Shown here: in pieces, positions 57,592-60,360 of the stretch
Layout of the letters: the number at the start of each line of letters is the position of its first letter
How positions within the stretch are numbered: position 1 is the first letter of the stretch
Source: Oscillospiraceae bacterium
GTDB lineage: Bacteria > Bacillota > Clostridia > Christensenellales > Aristaeellaceae
DNA: 60,360 nucleotides
Direction: 5' to 3'
Assembly (NCBI GenBank): GCA_031286995.1
Contig: JAITTS010000097.1
Span: 1 to 60,360, forward strand
The notes under the pieces: generated by a model
Database searches by the model: none
Seen by the model: only the letters and a program-made list of their open reading frames with translations
Told to the model about the DNA's origin: nothing
Program-made: the position numbers and the translations under genes

Positions 57592-57644
57592 AAAATTGTA
57601 AACTGAGTTGACAAATGCCAATCGTGCGCCTTCTGATAGAACCT

Positions 57645-57676
57645 TGAAAGGATCTGAAAATGAAAGGATCTGAAAA
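57645..57676 (+). repeat. Perfect 2 x 16-bp tandem repeat immediately upstream of the glucan-synthase-like gene
   Basis: TGAAAGGATCTGAAAA occurs at 57645-57660 and again at 57661-57676. Confidence 0.9.
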
Positions 57677-57679
57677 CCG

Positions 57680-60360
57680 ATGAATCAGTATATGATAATT
57701 GCCATAGAATATGTTTTGGCGATTAGCGGTATTTTGGCACTGCTGGGATGTGTTCTTTGGATGTCAACCAGAAACCGCAGGGCAACCTATCGGGGCGCGG
57801 GTTTTTACAGTGAAGAGCTGGAGACGAATGCGCGCAAAACCGCGATTGAGCATGTTCTGGCGCCGAAACACCATCGCATGAGCTGGCCGCTCCCGCGCCT
57901 AAACAATAGCTATGACTGCATTTTATCTGTTTACAGCGCACTTGGCGAGGATATCCGAAAGGGGCGGGAAGTGCCCGCAGCGGCGGAATGGCTACTTGAC
58001 AACTTTTATGTTGTGGAATCGCAGGTCAAAATACTTCGGCGGGAATTAACCAAGAAAGACTGCCGCCGCCTGCCTGTTTTGCGATCCGGCCCCTTTCAGG
58101 GATACGCACGAATTTTTGCCATTGCCGCAGAATTGATCGCGCGGACCGCTGAACAGCCGGATGAAACCGCTCTATCCAGTTATCTGAAAACCTATCAGTC
58201 GCACAGTGTCCTCTTTGAAAGAGAGATCAGGGCGATGCCTTTGTCGGTCAGGCTGGCCGTGATTGACGGTATCCGGCAATTATGCGAGCGCGTACGCGAG
58301 ACAAACTTGGCATGGCGGGCGGCAGATAAAGCTTACCTTGAGTTTATAAACGCTACAGATGGAAAGCTTGTCCGGTACAAGGAGGCGCTTGCACATGGTT
58401 TGCAAACGGCAAATCATACTGTAGATTCTTCTTTTGCGGAGCATTTATGTTACTGCCTGCGGCGGTCAGGCCAAAGCCACGCGGCAGCGATCGCGAGTAT
58501 GAACGAATTTTTGGCCAGAATGGGAACAAGCGTAGACGAGATCATGCAAAAGGAGCATAATGCGCAGTCGCTCATTACGGTATCCATGGGGAACTATGTG
58601 ACGAGCCTGCATCGTTTTGCTTCCCTGGATTGGTCGGAGCTGTTTCGCACAACAAGTCATGTAGAACAGATTTTAGAGGGGGATCCGCACGGAACCTACT
58701 GCCTGATGGATCTTGCCACACGTAGCCGTTACAGGGAAACTGTAGAGGAACTGGCCTTGATACACCACTGCTCCGAAATTCATGTTGCGCGGGAGGCGAT
58801 CTCGCTTGCGACAGCCGCATGGGGAGAGGGCACAAACAATTTTCGGACGGAACACGTGGGATATTATCTCATTGACGATGGGTTGGCGCTGTTGATAAAG
58901 AGAATCAGCGGTAAAAAACAACACCGTGTTACTACGCCCCATCGCCAGCTGCGGCCGGTCTTGTATATTGGCTCCGTTTTGCTGACCACAGCGGTTTTGG
59001 TTTCCGCCGCTATGCGGTATGGCGTTTACGTTTCAGCGACGCACCATGTCGCTTGGAGAATTTTGTCCGGCCTGGCAGTAGCCATACCGGCTTCGGAAAT
59101 TGCCCTGCGTTTTGTAAACCGCCTGATATGCCGGGTGTTAAAACCGGTGCTGCTTCCAAAAATGGAATTAAAGACGGGCATTCCGGAGAGATTCAGCACC
59201 GTTGTGGTAATGCCGACGCTACTGCCGGATGAAGACCGGGTCGGAGAGCTCTTGGCAACCATGGAGGGGCATTATCTGCGCAACCGGGACGACAACCTCT
59301 ATTTTGCCCTTTTGGGCGCCTTTCGAGACGCGGATCAACCGCATTTGCCAAGTGACGATGGAATCATAGACGCGGCCATGCGCGGCGTTAAGGCGCTGAA
59401 TGAAAAATACACGCCCGGCAAAGCGGAAAAATTTTATTTTTTCCACCGAGAACGGCAATTTAATGAAAGCAATCATATCTGGATCGGGTGGGAACGAAAA
59501 CGCGGCGCGCTGATGGAATTTAACGAGTTGGCGCTGGGGAACGCCGGCACCAGTTTTGTGCATGCGTCTTCGCCAAAGCCGTCTTTTGAACATATCAAAT
59601 ATATCATCACTTTGGATAGCGACACCTTGCTGCCCATGGGCATGGCAAAGCGGCTGATTGGCACGATGGCGCATCCGCTGAATCGACCGATGATTGACCG
59701 CAAAAAGGGCATTGTTACCAAAGGCTTCGGCCTGTTGCAGCCGAGAATCGATATCGATGTTGAAAGCGCCGGCGCGACACGGTTTTCCCGTATCTTCACC
59801 ACGCAGGACGGCATTGACCCCTATTCCGGCGCCATTTCCGATGTGTATCAGGATATGTTTGGCGAGGGGAGCTATACCGGAAAAGGCATCTATGATCTGC
59901 GTGTTTTTCAAACTGTTTTACAAAATACGATCCCGGAAAACACAGTGCTGAGCCACGATCTGTTGGAAGGCTCGTATATGAGAACGGGGCTTGCGACCGA
60001 CTTGAACCTGGTGGATGGTTTCCCCGCGGCCTACCGGGCTTACGCGGCAAGGCTGCACCGCTGGACGCGCGGTGATTGGCAGCTTTTCCCACGGCTATTC
60101 CGAAAAATACATTGCAGCCATACCGAGAAAATCGCCAATCCGCTGTCCGTCCTGTCAAAATGGAAAATTTTTGATAATCTGCGCAGAAGTGTTCTTGCGC
60201 CTGCTTTCATGGTATTGGCTGTGCTTTCGGTCACGGTTCTGCCGGGCAGCCTCTATTTGTGGATCGGCGCGATGGCGGTCACAGCTTTGTCGCCACTGGT
60301 TGGAGAAACTGTCGGCGCTTTTGTTTCGCTGCTCTTTGGGAACCGGAAAACAAGACAATA
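57680..60360 (+). CDS. Cyclic beta-1,2-glucan synthase-like giant glycosyltransferase, N-terminal ~893 codons; it continues past the right edge
   Basis: I translated it by hand from ATG 57680 to the window end with no stop. It is absent from the track because it is open-ended. Features are an N-terminal TM segment, AEWLLDNFYVVESQVKILRREL, and then a GT84-like catalytic region: IITLDSDTLLPMG, GLLQPRI, YTGKGIYDL, LSHDLLEG and RLHRWTRGDWQL. Confidence 0.75.
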   Translation, partial: MNQYMIIAIEYVLAISGILALLGCVLWMSTRNRRATYRGAGFYSEELETNARKTAIEHVLAPKHHRMSWPLPRLNNSYDCILSVYSALGEDIRKGREVPAAAEWLLDNFYVVESQVKILRRELTKKDCRRLPVLRSGPFQGYARIFAIAAELIARTAEQPDETALSSYLKTYQSHSVLFEREIRAMPLSVRLAVIDGIRQLCERVRETNLAWRAADKAYLEFINATDGKLVRYKEALAHGLQTANHTVDSSFAEHLCYCLRRSGQSHAAAIASMNEFLARMGTSVDEIMQKEHNAQSLITVSMGNYVTSLHRFASLDWSELFRTTSHVEQILEGDPHGTYCLMDLATRSRYRETVEELALIHHCSEIHVAREAISLATAAWGEGTNNFRTEHVGYYLIDDGLALLIKRISGKKQHRVTTPHRQLRPVLYIGSVLLTTAVLVSAAMRYGVYVSATHHVAWRILSGLAVAIPASEIALRFVNRLICRVLKPVLLPKMELKTGIPERFSTVVVMPTLLPDEDRVGELLATMEGHYLRNRDDNLYFALLGAFRDADQPHLPSDDGIIDAAMRGVKALNEKYTPGKAEKFYFFHRERQFNESNHIWIGWERKRGALMEFNELALGNAGTSFVHASSPKPSFEHIKYIITLDSDTLLPMGMAKRLIGTMAHPLNRPMIDRKKGIVTKGFGLLQPRIDIDVESAGATRFSRIFTTQDGIDPYSGAISDVYQDMFGEGSYTGKGIYDLRVFQTVLQNTIPENTVLSHDLLEGSYMRTGLATDLNLVDGFPAAYRAYAARLHRWTRGDWQLFPRLFRKIHCSHTEKIANPLSVLSKWKIFDNLRRSVLAPAFMVLAVLSVTVLPGSLYLWIGAMAVTALSPLVGETVGAFVSLLFGNRKTRQ

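Overview
This is a high-GC chromosomal segment from a spore-forming Firmicute, most likely a Clostridia-type organism. The sporulation genes sigH, spo0A, spoIIID and cwlD and a SpoVID-like LysM protein are all present. I found no rRNA, tRNA, CRISPR array, transposase or integrase.

Gene layout:
- The left third (1-23.8 kb) is almost entirely on the minus strand. It holds a partial mnmE, an MmcQ/YjbR-like gene, manA, a secreted hypothetical protein, an unusually long sortase-domain protein, trpS, a plus-strand pair (polytopic membrane protein plus UbiA/DPPR-synthase-like prenyltransferase), an internalin-like LRR lipoprotein, a PrsA-like foldase, sigH, rlmB, thyX, mrnC, cwlD, a divergent PyrE-like phosphoribosyltransferase, trkH-trkA and an SH3b/PG-binding wall protein.
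- At 23.8-24.5 kb gene orientation flips. The complete S10-spc-alpha ribosomal cluster follows on the plus strand (rpsJ through rplQ, including secY, adk, map, infA, rpmJ and rpoA).
- After that come ecfA1-ecfA2-ecfT, truA, spoIIID-mbl, a COG2426-type small membrane protein and a T-box-controlled ilvBNCD operon.
- The right end holds a DUF3794/LysM protein, spo0A with 0A boxes, glpK, an SPFH protein, and a visibly lower-GC segment. That segment carries a MarR regulator divergent from a truncated giant cyclic-beta-1,2-glucan-synthase-like gene.

The most notable signals not explained by ordinary genes are:
- Four identical DnaA-box-like 9-mers in an ORF-free gap at about 18.0 kb, close to the strand-orientation switch.
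- A sortase with a roughly 600-aa ectodomain that contains a 36-bp tandem repeat.
- A GT-C-like membrane protein paired with a DPPR-synthase-like gene.
- A four-cysteine (zinc-ribbon-like) ribosomal protein L24.
- A perfectly symmetric divergent promoter/operator, plus a 16-bp tandem repeat that creates a coupled mini-uORF in front of the glucan-synthase-like gene.

Many long ORFs in the supplied track are antisense artefacts of the high GC content and were not called. No database search or RNA folding could be run. All family assignments rest on motifs I recognised in the translations.
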